Assembly (NCBI GenBank): GCA_043228905.1
Contig: JBHGNT010000975.1
Coordinates: 1-13,264, forward strand
DNA length: 13,264 nt
Origin: Azolla caroliniana
Lineage: Eukaryota > Plantae > Polypodiophyta
Direction of reading: 5' to 3'
Position numbers and translations under genes: made by a program. Each line of letters opens with the position of its first letter. Position 1 is the first letter of the stretch. This document shows, one piece after another, positions 1 through 8,915 of the stretch. Under the pieces are notes generated by a model that saw only the letters and a list, made by a program, of their open reading frames with translations, ran no database searches and was not told the origin of the DNA.

Positions 1-938
1 ATGTCATTTACTTTACTTGGATTTGGAGTCGTGGCGGAAAGTGATTCGGCAATGAATGCTTGAAGAACATCGTCATACTTGTCACCAATTTGGTATCCAT
101 CTCCTATGGTTTTATCATCATCCATCTCTTCTTCAACAAGATGGGCTTGTACAAGCCTCCAAGGTTGATAATTCTTGAAATTTGACTTGCATGATTAGTA
201 CGTTTGCATATTTTACAATAGGTATTGTTGAACCGCATTGCTCCTTCTTTAGTGTTTTGATATTTCTTTATCCATGGCTTTGACCTTTCTCCTCTTTGGA
301 TGAACCTTTTGTTTTTTGTATGCGACCATTGCCACGCTTGGAGTTGAATTTGAAGACCTTTGTGAACACATGTCTAATATTTGCAAGAAGATCAATTAAA
401 GTTGGACAATTTATTGAGTTTGGGTGGTTCTAAAAGTGGACCACGAGTGAGGAAGAACACCAAGAAGGAGAATCTTTTGTAATTTATCATGGATTTCTAA
501 TCTCGAAGTTAACACATCATCTAATTTCTTTTGCCATATTGAAAGAAATTGACCAACCAGTTGTTCGTCATTCATTTTGTAATTAACAAGCGCTTGAAGT
601 GTATGCGCTTGTTGGATATCGTTTTTTGGTTCGTAGATGGTTTGTAAATGCTTCCACATTTCATGGGTCGTCTCCATTTTTCGCAATGTTTCTCCGTTGC
701 CATCACTTACGTGCATTAGAATTTCCATTCTTGCGCATAGGTCTTTTGAATTATCATATTCTTCAAGTTCTACTCCTTTTTCAGGTTTTGTAGACGATCC
801 TGAAATTATATGCCATAATTTATTATATTTAAAGAGTAATTCTAATCTTGCCTTCCATATTCGATAATTTGTGTAAGATAATATCTTGATCGTAAATTTT
901 CGAATGTTGAGTTGCGACGACAACATAGATTGTGCCAT
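1..938 (-). pseudogene. Copia gag(-pol) pseudogene: UBN2-type gag, degenerate CCHC zinc knuckle, linker toward protease
   Basis: ORF 411..938 has NYRIWKARLELL, HEMWKHLQTIYE and ILLLGVLPHSWSTF, which are copia gag motifs. After a frameshift at ~411 another frame reads CPTLIDLLANIR...YCKICKRTNH (Cys codons 215-217 and 206-208, His 191-193). After a further shift it reads VQAHLVEEEMDDD...QAFIAES to the window edge. Confidence 0.85.
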
Positions 939-1114
939 TATTGCAGAGGGTTGTCCGAATCAGCGCACGGCAAACACAAAATTGTCTTTCGTTATTTGAT
1001 GATTTTGGACACTACAGATATGATTCTTTTTGTATGGGCATAAAAGTTAAATTATGATAAGGGCATGTGTTTTGTGATTTTAGAAAGGGATAGGCTATTA
1101 GGGTATAGGTCGTT

Positions 1115-1127
1115 GTCTTTGATACCA
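1115..1127 (-). promoter_or_regulatory. Primer-binding site (tRNA-iMet type) of copia A
   Basis: Reverse complement is TGGTATCAAAGAC (canonical TGGTATCAGAGC), directly after ...TACA LTR end at 1128. Confidence 0.8.
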
Positions 1128-1394
1128 TGTAGGAAAAGAAGAGAAAGAGAGACAAAGAAAAGGAGAGATAGATAGAGATTGAGGGAAACACAAAACTATA
1201 TTACACTATTGGAACGCCCTAATGAGTAAAATCATTGGTGGTGGCTTTATAAGACCACCACCTATGCGGTTTCATTCTCATGAAGGAAACAATCTTCCTA
1301 ACTGATAACTAAATAACTAACACTAATTAATATTTATTTATTTATTTTATTATTTTCCACGATTATTTTCTTGACTTTTCTAGTGTTGTTCACA
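1128..1394 (-). repeat. 5' LTR of copia A (~267 bp)
   Basis: Minus-strand termini TGTGAA...CCTACA, TATAAA at ~1247-1252, and a CT-rich tract next to the PBS. The partner LTR is outside the window, so the 1394 boundary is tentative. Confidence 0.6.
1237..1262 (-). promoter_or_regulatory. LTR TATA box inside an 8-bp inverted repeat
   Basis: GGTGGTGG-CTTTATAAGA-CCACCACC; the minus strand reads TATAAA in the loop. Confidence 0.55.
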
Positions 1395-1840
1395 AAATTC
1401 AACCTCAATCTGCATATAGTGGGGTGACGGTGGGTCCTATCAATACGAAAAACATTAATAATTCAATAAAAGATGAGATAAGATACCATATCGAATTTAA
1501 ATTTTGTGAGTAAAATAATGCAAGATCCATGTAATTTAGACCATATCACCCACACGCATCGTAGAAGTCCTTCGAGAAGTATAATTGAGAATCAAATCAA
1601 ATGTTGGCATACATGACCTTAGCTTGTTTTAGGTCATCAAAAAAATGTAGTTTTGTTGCTATGCAGGATGGATGGCCTCTTTTTTCTACATCTGTCTTTT
1701 AAATGTATTATGATGTAGTTTTGCTTTTTGCTTTTTTGTCTTTGCATTATCAAGCTTTGCTTTTTTGGGGGTTCTCTTTTATTTGCTTTTTGTAGCAATG
1801 TTAGAGTACCCTTTTAAAAATAAAATTAAAACTTAAGCAC

Positions 1841-1946
1841 GAAACTGTTTAAACCAAAACCGTTACAAAAATTCCAAGCTCAAACCAAACGGTTTTAGAG
1901 ATTTTTTAACCGGAAACGCTCAGTCAATAAAGGCTCGAACCGAACC
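1841..1946. repeat. Cluster of degenerate AAACCG/GAACCG motifs, possible non-autonomous DNA-transposon (hAT/MITE-like) subterminal relic
   Basis: aaaccaaaaccg, aaaccaaacggtttt, aaccgg and cgaaccgaacc within ~105 bp; no TIR pair or TSD found. Confidence 0.3.
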
Positions 1947-1973
1947 ATTGTCAATTTCTATTTGTGTAGTCGC

Positions 1974-2040
1974 TTGTAATATCACACACACAAAAGAAGA
2001 AGAAACAAACTAATTTATAGACAATCTAAGAGAAATAGGC
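1974..2040 (+). repeat. Dispersed repeat copy 1 (similar to 5666-5726), contains (CA)n
   Basis: ttgtaat-atcacacacac...aaacaaactaatttatagacaatctaagagaaataggc aligns by eye with ttgtaattatcacacacac...aaacaagctagttaatagaacatctcaaataaatgggc. Confidence 0.65.
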
Positions 2041-2269
2041 TTTAGCTCCTCGGGTTGCGGGGCCAGCTATCCACACGTTATTAGACAATGTTCAGGTGAC
2101 GTGGTAGACATCCTATTTCCCATCATTGCCACCTCATAATATCTTCGCCATCATTTTCGTAAAAGAAAGATCCGAGAAAAAAACAAATTGCATGTGTGGC
2201 TTCAAGTTGTAACTCTTTTTGGATGATGTGATAATTATTCTCAATGGAGAGAAGTGCACCTGTTCTAAA

Positions 2270-2970
2270 GCTTCCATGGACAATTGCGCAGTGAGACCAT
2301 CCACGTGTTCAACGTTGTCAAAATGCTCATGTTTATGGTGGGTGCCCACCATGTTTTCTAAATGTCATCAAACCTCTATGTCGATATCTTCATATAGACA
2401 AGGCTTTAGTGTGCTTTTTAGTTTTTGGTCTAATTCAAATTCTAAATGGTGCTCCTGAGGTCCCAACCTTCCAAAGTGATGACATTATTCTCTACATGAT
2501 CACACTTTGCTTGATATTTACGCCAACTTATTTATGTGCATAATAAATGCATATTATGTGCTCATGGAGATTTAGATGGGGAATCATGGACATATGGGGG
2601 TAAACATTCAAAGATGTTTTGAATATCTTAAAATAAGCCTAGTTCGTTCTCGTTTTGGAAGTTTGTGGAAATATAGGAGCTTACACAAATCACACTTGCT
2701 ACTCTAGGGGTTATTGTATAAGACATGTCTTTCTCTACTCCTTAATCATATGCAAGTATTTAATAATGGCTAGGTTCACTAGGAGAAACCCACGCTCCAC
2801 ATCTAAATTCATCCAATGTGATTCGATTGACATATTATTTGTTACGAATAGATTTGAATCAGGATTTGGAATTGAAATTTGAAAATATGTTTACTATTTA
2901 GAGAATTTTGTTAGTGTGTGCCAAAAGTTTGGTGTAGCATGTTTACTCGGATTTTCTTTGAAGGGACGAG
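2270..2970 (+). mobile_element. Possible heavily decayed Ty3/gypsy integrase 3' end with polypurine tract
   Basis: Scattered fragments in integrase-like order: SFHGQLRSETIHVFNVVKML (cf. AYHPQTDGQTERVN..EDML), HQTSMSISSY, IGAY...IRHVFLYSL..KYL (cf. IH.VFHVSLLKKY), then ttttctttGAAGGGACGAG (2960-2970). Many stops and frameshifts; weak. Confidence 0.3.
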
Positions 2971-3197
2971 TATCACAAGGAGGTTTTGAAAAATCTTGTT
3001 AGGGTTCTCTATGAGACTAGGCCCAATTATCTAAGTAGGGGTATGTGACATTTGGTATTGGTGAAAGCAATTGTGATTGTGAACATATCCTAGAGGAGCG
3101 GAAGAGCTAAACGGGGATAAAAGTGAATGGACCAAGTTGCACAATTGGCATCTACTCTAGAAATGAAGCAATGGAAGAAATGTAAATCAATCCAAGA

Positions 3198-3268
3198 TCA
3201 AAGGAGATCTCAAATGAATACATCATATCTTAGTTCAAAGGAGATCTCAAATGACTACATATCTTAGT
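3198..3268. repeat. Tandem duplication, 2 units (37 and 34 bp)
   Basis: tcaaaggagatctcaaatgaatacatcatatcttagt followed directly by tcaaaggagatctcaaatgactacatatcttagt. Confidence 0.9.
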
Positions 3269-3393
3269 AGTTTTTTCAAAGCCTTTAAGCCTTCTCACCT
3301 GTGGCTAGTTCCTTGCCTATGATAAGCATGGTTGCACATACATGATTCTATAACATTCATTTCTTGCATTGGGCTTCATGATTCATTCCCAAA

Positions 3394-3640
3394 ATGTATC
3401 TCCATCAAGGATGACCAATTGGAGAATTTAGAAATCGCCCATTGAATCAATAAATTATGTATCTCCATCAAGGATGACCAGTTGGAGAATGTACAAAGCC
3501 CATTGAATCAATAAATTATGTATATCCATCAAGGACGACCAATTGGAGAATGTCGACATAGCCCATTGAATCAATAATGTATCTCCATCAAGGATGGCCA
3601 ATTGGAGAACATAGACATAACCCATTGAACCAATAACATT
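3394..3640. repeat. Minisatellite array 1, 4 units of ~59-63 bp
   Basis: Units start at 3394, 3457, 3518 and 3577. Consensus atgtatctccatcaaggatgaccaattggagaat(gtagacata)gcccattgaatcaataa(att). Confidence 0.95.
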
Positions 3641-4062
3641 ATCCCTAGGCCCTTGAAGATCACAAATTCTATATCAATGGTATGATTTCTGTGTATAACT
3701 TGTATTTCATGAAACGGGTTTGTGAAATTAGTGACAGTACTCTACTCGATCGTCATTTCTCCAATTTCAATTTTTCCACAACTGTATTTAACACACCAAT
3801 ACCATGTTAGATTACTTACATATAGACAATATCATATGTATTTTGAGGTAGAGAAGAAAGCACCTGCATGATTGATATTGAATGAGCAAATATATTCTCG
3901 CGAAGATAATGCATTTTCGCACAAATGTTTGATTTCATTCGCAATGATCTCGATGCCACATCAACTCTTGACGCAGTTAAGAAAGATAAAATTTCACGTC
4001 ACTTGACACATGTATCATCATCATCATAACTCATAATAACACAATCCAATCGCCAAAACTAT

Positions 4063-4284
4063 GTTATTTTATATCCTAGTATTTGCATATCATATAGACA
4101 TAGATAGGAGAATCAAGTTATTTTATATCCTAGTATTTGCATATCATATAGACATAGATAGGCGAATCAAGTTATTATACATCCTAGTATTTGCATCATA
4201 TAGACATATATAGGCAAATCAAGTTATTGTATATCCTAGTATTTTGCATCATATAGACATATTAGATAGGAGATAGGAGAATCA
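4063..4284. repeat. Minisatellite array 2, 4 units of ~52-62 bp, overlapping the 3' end of the F-box-like ORF
   Basis: Units start at 4063, 4117, 4171 and 4223. Consensus gttattttatatcctagtatttgcat(at)catatagacatagataggagaatcaa. Confidence 0.95.
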
Positions 4285-5614
4285 GGTGCTAAACCTTTGC
4301 CCATGGGGAAGGTTCTACACCACAAAGACCAACACAGGTAGTGTTGAGTGGCAAGGAAGACCAAAGAATTGGTGCCAAGATCATACACAAGGGGAGGGAT
4401 TGTCGAGCGCAACGGGAAGACGGGAGGTGCCGGAATATCCTCATCATATGGTAGTCTCAATTCCAGCAAGTAAGACATGGTTGTGCAACAAATGATTCCC
4501 TTAAGTAGCACAGAAGTTGTGTACAAATGTGGTGCGTACCCCGGGCACGTGTTGCAAGAGTTTGACTCGTTGCCTCCGCATCAAACCCGCTCAATCGTTT
4601 TAAGGTGTCCTTTGCCTTGAATAAAACATTGCATTCACATTGGAACGGCCTCAAAGATGTGGCGGTTATGGTAGCATAAGATTTGTGGGACGTCCACACA
4701 TTGGACTCGGAATTGTAGACTAGCATTGGGCCAATGGTGCCATAGTGGAGGATGACCAAATACCCCAAACCAGACGATGTTGATGACATGGTTAATGACA
4801 AGTTCCTAAGGTCATGGGCTCCTTGTGGTCTCTCCGTTGGATTGGGAAGCATTCGGAAGGCTCTCGTGAGAGGGTTTATGACCAACACCTGGTAGTGATG
4901 GTAGTGATAGTAGTGATTGAGCAAGAAGCAGACAAGCCCGTTGCAGGACGTGACGTGACAAGCTCTTGATGATAGAACCTCAAAAAAGCCGTTCACATGT
5001 CCTCCTCTACCATCTTCTTGATGGATGGATTGTGTTGTTGGCGGGGGAAGCCATGAGAGAACTATGGTCATGAGTTGCACGAGGTATCTCCGGAAATAGT
5101 CCGTGACATCGAATGATTGCATCCACAATCACAAGTTCGAGTTTCTACATGACGAATTTCCATCCCAAAGTGCATTTGATTCCATGTCCCAAAACTATTG
5201 TTGAATCGAGGTCTCGGGTTAACTAAGAGCGAAATGATGTTATCACGATAATCAGAGGTCCTTGGAGTAGTCCCACTCGGAGATGGATTAAGCGAAGAAA
5301 AAACCGACACATCGGGAGAGAATATGACCCCGTTCCGTGACTTGCTGAGCCCGTAGCCGCGAGAGTGAACGAAGGACCTATATTGGGCCTCTTCTTTCGT
5401 TCGGCCGGGGCTCTTCTATACTAATCTTATATGTGTAGGGCGCGCCACACACCTGAATCTCAGGTTTGTGACTATGGATATTCACAATGTTGAACTTGTT
5501 AAGGGTATCTACAACTAGTATCCAAGGCGAGCTCTTCCGAGCCTCGGCATCGGGAGGCATGGCATCCCATATGCGATCATCATCCAAGATTAGCTCTTTC
5601 CATGCCCTTTGCAT
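4236..5614 (-). pseudogene. F-box / F-box-associated (kelch-like beta-propeller) protein, fragmented over four ORFs
   Basis: 5378..5614 begins AWKELILDDDRIW (tail of an F-box motif). 4457..5128 has LSWLP, SCNGLVCF, VLVINPLTRAFRMLP and VYNSESNVW, hallmarks of plant F-box C-terminal domains. 4236..4526 has LVYDLGTNS. The pieces lie in different frames; introns or sequencing errors are not excluded. Confidence 0.75.
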
Positions 5615-5665
5615 TTTTCTTTCTTTTTATGTCTTTTGCCTTCCTCTACTTCCACATGGAGTTTG

Positions 5666-5726
5666 TTGTAATTATCACACACACACACAAACAAGCTAGT
5701 TAATAGAACATCTCAAATAAATGGGC
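5666..5726 (+). repeat. Dispersed repeat copy 2 (similar to 1974-2040), contains (CA)n, just upstream of the F-box pseudogene
   Basis: Same-orientation similarity to 1974-2040 on both sides of the CA run. Confidence 0.65.
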
Positions 5727-6136
5727 ATCTTCCACAACAATAGCTAGCAAAGCATATAAATGCTCGTTGTTGGTAATGTTGAAATGAAGATGTCTCCAAT
5801 CACTTGCATAAATTATATAAATGTTGTACCCCCCATTCTAATATAGCTTGCATAAATTTATCCTAGCCTTATATAGTTAAATTAGATAGCGAAAGAAGTC
5901 ACAAGTTACGTTGTGACTAATTGTTTCTGTCACATTAGATCGTCGTCCAAATCACATAGACATGCAACATTTCACGAGTTAGGTAAGCCAAGAGCGACTA
6001 TCAATCCACATTCAAGCATACTGATGAATCGCCTAATTTTAATTAACGAATTCTATGGAATAAATGGATCTACCAATTGTGCCATCTAGATATGAAACTT
6101 TTAACGCTAACCAAATAAAGAGCTACGAGTATTTTA

Positions 6137-6700
6137 TGTTAGGAAACATGTCCCTCTGGATGGGAAGGAGAGCATGAGCCAGACTAGACTCCGAGGAACC
6201 AACAAGATGAAGGAAAATGAGTCGGATCAGTTGGATCCGATGAAGAAGCAAGACCAGATCCATATCCAGATGGATCCGGATAGGCATCCGAAAAAGGTTA
6301 TATTTGTAAATAGGTTTTGTTACGCCTATTTGGGCCAGAATTATAATTATCCCTAAAGTTGTATTAGTATAAATACAACTTAGGGCAAATCATAAAGGAT
6401 TATGCATCATTGCATGTAACCAGTTGATAATGTGTGTGTGTGTGTGTAACTCCTTGATATTCGTCAATCTGATGAAGAAGAGCTCAATGTTTGTTGCCTT
6501 GCAGCTCCTTGTTGTATTTCTTTATCCCATAATGATACAATTCTTGGAGTTTGTGGACTCCCGTGGTTTTTCCCTATTAGGGCTTCCACGTTAAAATTAC
6601 TTGTGTCTCTATACTTATATTTCATGTTTTCTGTCATTTCGATCTTTACACCCGCATACGCACTCCTGTTAACTGGTTGTGGCCAGTCAAATCCTCATCA
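6137..6700 (+). repeat. 5' LTR of copia B (~564 bp)
   Basis: Starts TGTTAG, ends CATCA. Has TATAAATA at 6368-6375, (TG)8 at 6431-6446, and the U5 motif CGTGGTTTTTCCC...GGGcTTCCACGTTAAAAT (from 6562) common in plant copia LTRs. The left boundary is inferred. Confidence 0.7.
6351..6385 (+). promoter_or_regulatory. LTR TATA box embedded in a 14-bp imperfect inverted repeat
   Basis: CCCTAAAGTTGTATT-AGTATA-AATACAACTTAGGG, with one bulged A. Confidence 0.6.
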
Positions 6701-6703
6701 AAC

Positions 6704-6715
6704 TAGTACTAGAGC
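6704..6715 (+). promoter_or_regulatory. Degenerate primer-binding site of copia B
   Basis: TAGTACTAGAGC versus TGGTATCAGAGC (9/12 match), 3 nt after the LTR-terminal CA and 3 nt before the gag ATG. Confidence 0.6.
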
Positions 6716-6718
6716 GAG

Positions 6719-7548
6719 ATGGACGAATATTTTGGTGGAATGTTCAAGTTAATTGGCTCCAACTACTCAGTGTGGAAGTCGAAGATGCGGGACATGTCGG
6801 TGTGCAAAGATTTATGGTTGTTGGTGCAATACGGCAAGACCAAGCTTGACAAGATCGATGCATCGACTTGGGAATTCATGCATCTGAAGGCAGTGGCATA
6901 CATAAGGTGTTTTATAAACATGACTCTATACAACAACTTCAACGAGGAGACAGATGCTAAAGTCCTCTAGAAGAAGATCGGGATAATGTTCAAGAACAAA
7001 AATGTTGTCAACAGAGTCTTAGTATTCCAGAAGATTGTGAGACTCCGCTATCAAGATGGCTCCAACATGGTGGAGCACCTGAATGTCTTCCAGGGATTGA
7101 TAAATCAGGCCACCACTCTAGAAGCACCTCTTGCCAATGAGGTATTTGCGTTGTTGTTGTTGGGATCCCTTTCGGACAGCTGGGAAATATTGGTTGTCAC
7201 ATTAGGCAACGCCAGACCGGAAGGGAACCATCTATCCCTAGAGACGGTGAAGTCGAGCTTGTTAAATGAGGAAGCACGCCGGAAGGATAGAAAGTCCGTG
7301 ATCGACCTGATGGCCTTAGTCACAGAAGGTGACATGAACCGGGGAAGAGGCCAAAATAGAAGTCCCTAGAACCGAGAGAAGTCGAGGACATGGCCGAAGT
7401 CGAGGGGAAGCCGATGCAGTTCCAAAAGAATTGTCAACACTTCCGAAAAGAGAAAGGGGGAGCTGACGATGCGGATGTGAAGAAGTATTCGGATTGTAAA
7501 AACACTTCAGCGATCGCGACAAGTAAAGAAGAAACACACTGGGTCATT
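6719..7548 (+). pseudogene. Copia gag pseudogene (UBN2-type) with premature stops and mostly deleted Zn knuckle
   Basis: MFKLIGSNYSVWKSKMRD and ALLLLGSLSDSWEILVVTL...VKSSLLNEEARR. ORFs 6719..6970 and 6986..7369 share a frame and are separated by TAG where Trp is expected (L*KK). A second TAG is at 7367, followed by KSR..KSRG, a frameshift, and FQKNC (last Cys of the knuckle only)...AIATSKEETHWVI. Confidence 0.9.
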
Positions 7549-7829
7549 TGAAACAAGTAATATGTCGCATTTTAAGAATTGTCCGTCCAAAAAAGGCACA
7601 AAGTAGGTCACCTCACAAAAAGGGGTATCACATGCGTAAAGGTTTTCGAAAATTGAATCAAAATATATTGATTTATACCATGTCCAAAAATTTAGGGCTT
7701 TTCAAAAATGCCTAAATAATCAACATGTGAAACTTACAAAAGAATGTACAAAATTTACAAAAGGACTACCAGCTATATTTATACATATTTGTGAATCACC
7801 ATCTTGATGTAAAATACAATATTTACCTT

Positions 7830-8545
7830 TCATATATCAAAACTATCACTTCCCAAAGATATGCCTTCCCCTTCAAACCAATCCGATGAACTAGAAGAGC
7901 TTTGTGAGGTCTCATCCTCATCATCACTAACAACCAATGCATTGTCTTCATCCAATTGCATTCCAACATCACTGTGATTGTGAGACATACTCCTTGTTCG
8001 TCTCTGTGTTGCGGTAGGAGGCACATCTGGGTCTTTTCTTTATTATCTTGATTGTGGCTTGTCTTAGATGACCTGTTTTGGTCAAGGAGAAGTCATACAC
8101 TAGTATGTCTACATTATGAAGTGTTAGAGTAGATGTGCTCGATAGATTCTTTCTTCTCCGCTTTCTGTTTGTGCCTCCAACATCCTTAACCGTCTCTTAA
8201 GGGTACTTCCCAGTAAATGCATCTGGGAAGAGGTATGATACCAATGAACCACAATGAACTAAACTTGATTGTCTTCTTCATTCTTAATAATTTTGGTGAT
8301 TTTAGCAATCCAAAAGGGATGGCCCAACTTATCACCCCCAGCTAATGTTGCAACCAACATACCAACTTGTCACTCATGTAGATTGCCTTGCCATCTCGCC
8401 TCTACAATATGCAATATTCTCGGTCATACGTAAACATCTCTTTGTTGTGGACGAACTAGATTATTCAATTCAGGATTATCTAGTGGTTGTAAACGAGTCG
8501 TGCTAACCATTGATGGGCCTCCAATATTCCAGTTGAATTGATTTT
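7830..8545 (-). pseudogene. Decayed C-terminus of an unidentified, probably transposon-encoded protein (BAH/Tudor-like barrel, basic NLS-like patch, acidic tail)
   Basis: Manual translation through stops and two frameshifts gives VGMLVATLAGGDKLGHPFWIAKITKII..IVVHWYH / DAFTGKY..NRKRRRK..VDILVYDFSLTKTGHLRQATIKII / acidic Ser-rich tail ending at TGA 7830. Confidence 0.5.
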
Positions 8546-8579
8546 GGAGTGGCTAGTAACCGACAAAGTGGTTATCTAA

Positions 8580-8915
8580 AATCGTATCTCTAGCTCCATA
8601 GAAGTCAAGGCACACAAATACTTCAACAGCCTGCCAGTCTCCTTGAGTGGGGATAAGTGGATGTCGATGTGGATGACCGCTGGAATGTCATGTGGGAGTT
8701 TCGATGATGCTTGCATTAAAAAGCAGCTATTATTTTGCCTAGAGGAGAAGGTAGACTCCCTCTATGAGGTGCTACACTTCCATGAGGAGGAACTGGAAGA
8801 AGATATAAGGCAGGATGTGGTGTTAGGATGGGAGAAGGTCAATGCGGGAGGTTGGGCATGGATTCATGGGGAGGGACTTTGTCCTTCTTGGGAGACCTCT
8901 CAATTATGTTCATGA
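8580..8915 (+). pseudogene. Probable C-terminal remnant of LINE ORF1
   Basis: Frame open from 8580 to TGA 8913-8915, which overlaps the ORF2 ATG. No RRM or Zn knuckle is visible, so the call rests on position. Confidence 0.5.

Larger units (their letters stand above)
1..1394 (-). mobile_element. Ty1/copia LTR retrotransposon A, 5' part (LTR + PBS + decayed gag), continues beyond the left window edge
   Basis: On the minus strand the order is LTR-like segment ending ...CA, then TGGTATCA PBS, leader, UBN2-type gag, and a Zn knuckle. The right (LTR start) boundary is inferred from TGT...ACA termini only. Confidence 0.85.
6137..7548 (+). mobile_element. Ty1/copia LTR retrotransposon B (Tnt1/Tork-like), 5' fragment truncated before or at the protease
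   Basis: LTR TG...CA, degenerate PBS, gag starting 3 nt after the PBS. No recognisable DSGA protease motif, integrase or RT follows. Confidence 0.85.

Noticed and set aside
599-867. Plus-strand ORFs 599..793 and 637..867
   Set aside because: Antisense shadows of copia gag.
3394-3640. CRISPR array (palindromic repeat plus variable segment)
   Set aside because: The variable parts are only ~8-10 bp and homologous to each other, there are no cas genes, and the context is eukaryotic; this is a minisatellite.
6174-6356. 60-aa ORF
   Set aside because: Lies within LTR U3 repeats; no protein motif.
1128-6700. One LTR element whose two LTRs captured the F-box gene
   Set aside because: The two LTRs differ in sequence and length, face opposite directions, and each has its own PBS and gag pointing outward.
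6968-6970. Programmed stop-codon readthrough in gag
   Set aside because: The TAG falls mid-gag at an expected Trp (TGG to TAG transition) in an element with other lesions; ordinary decay.
8828-8911. ORF2 start at ATG 8828
   Set aside because: APE domains of LINEs normally begin a few residues before the WN motif; ATG 8912 (or 8906) fits better.
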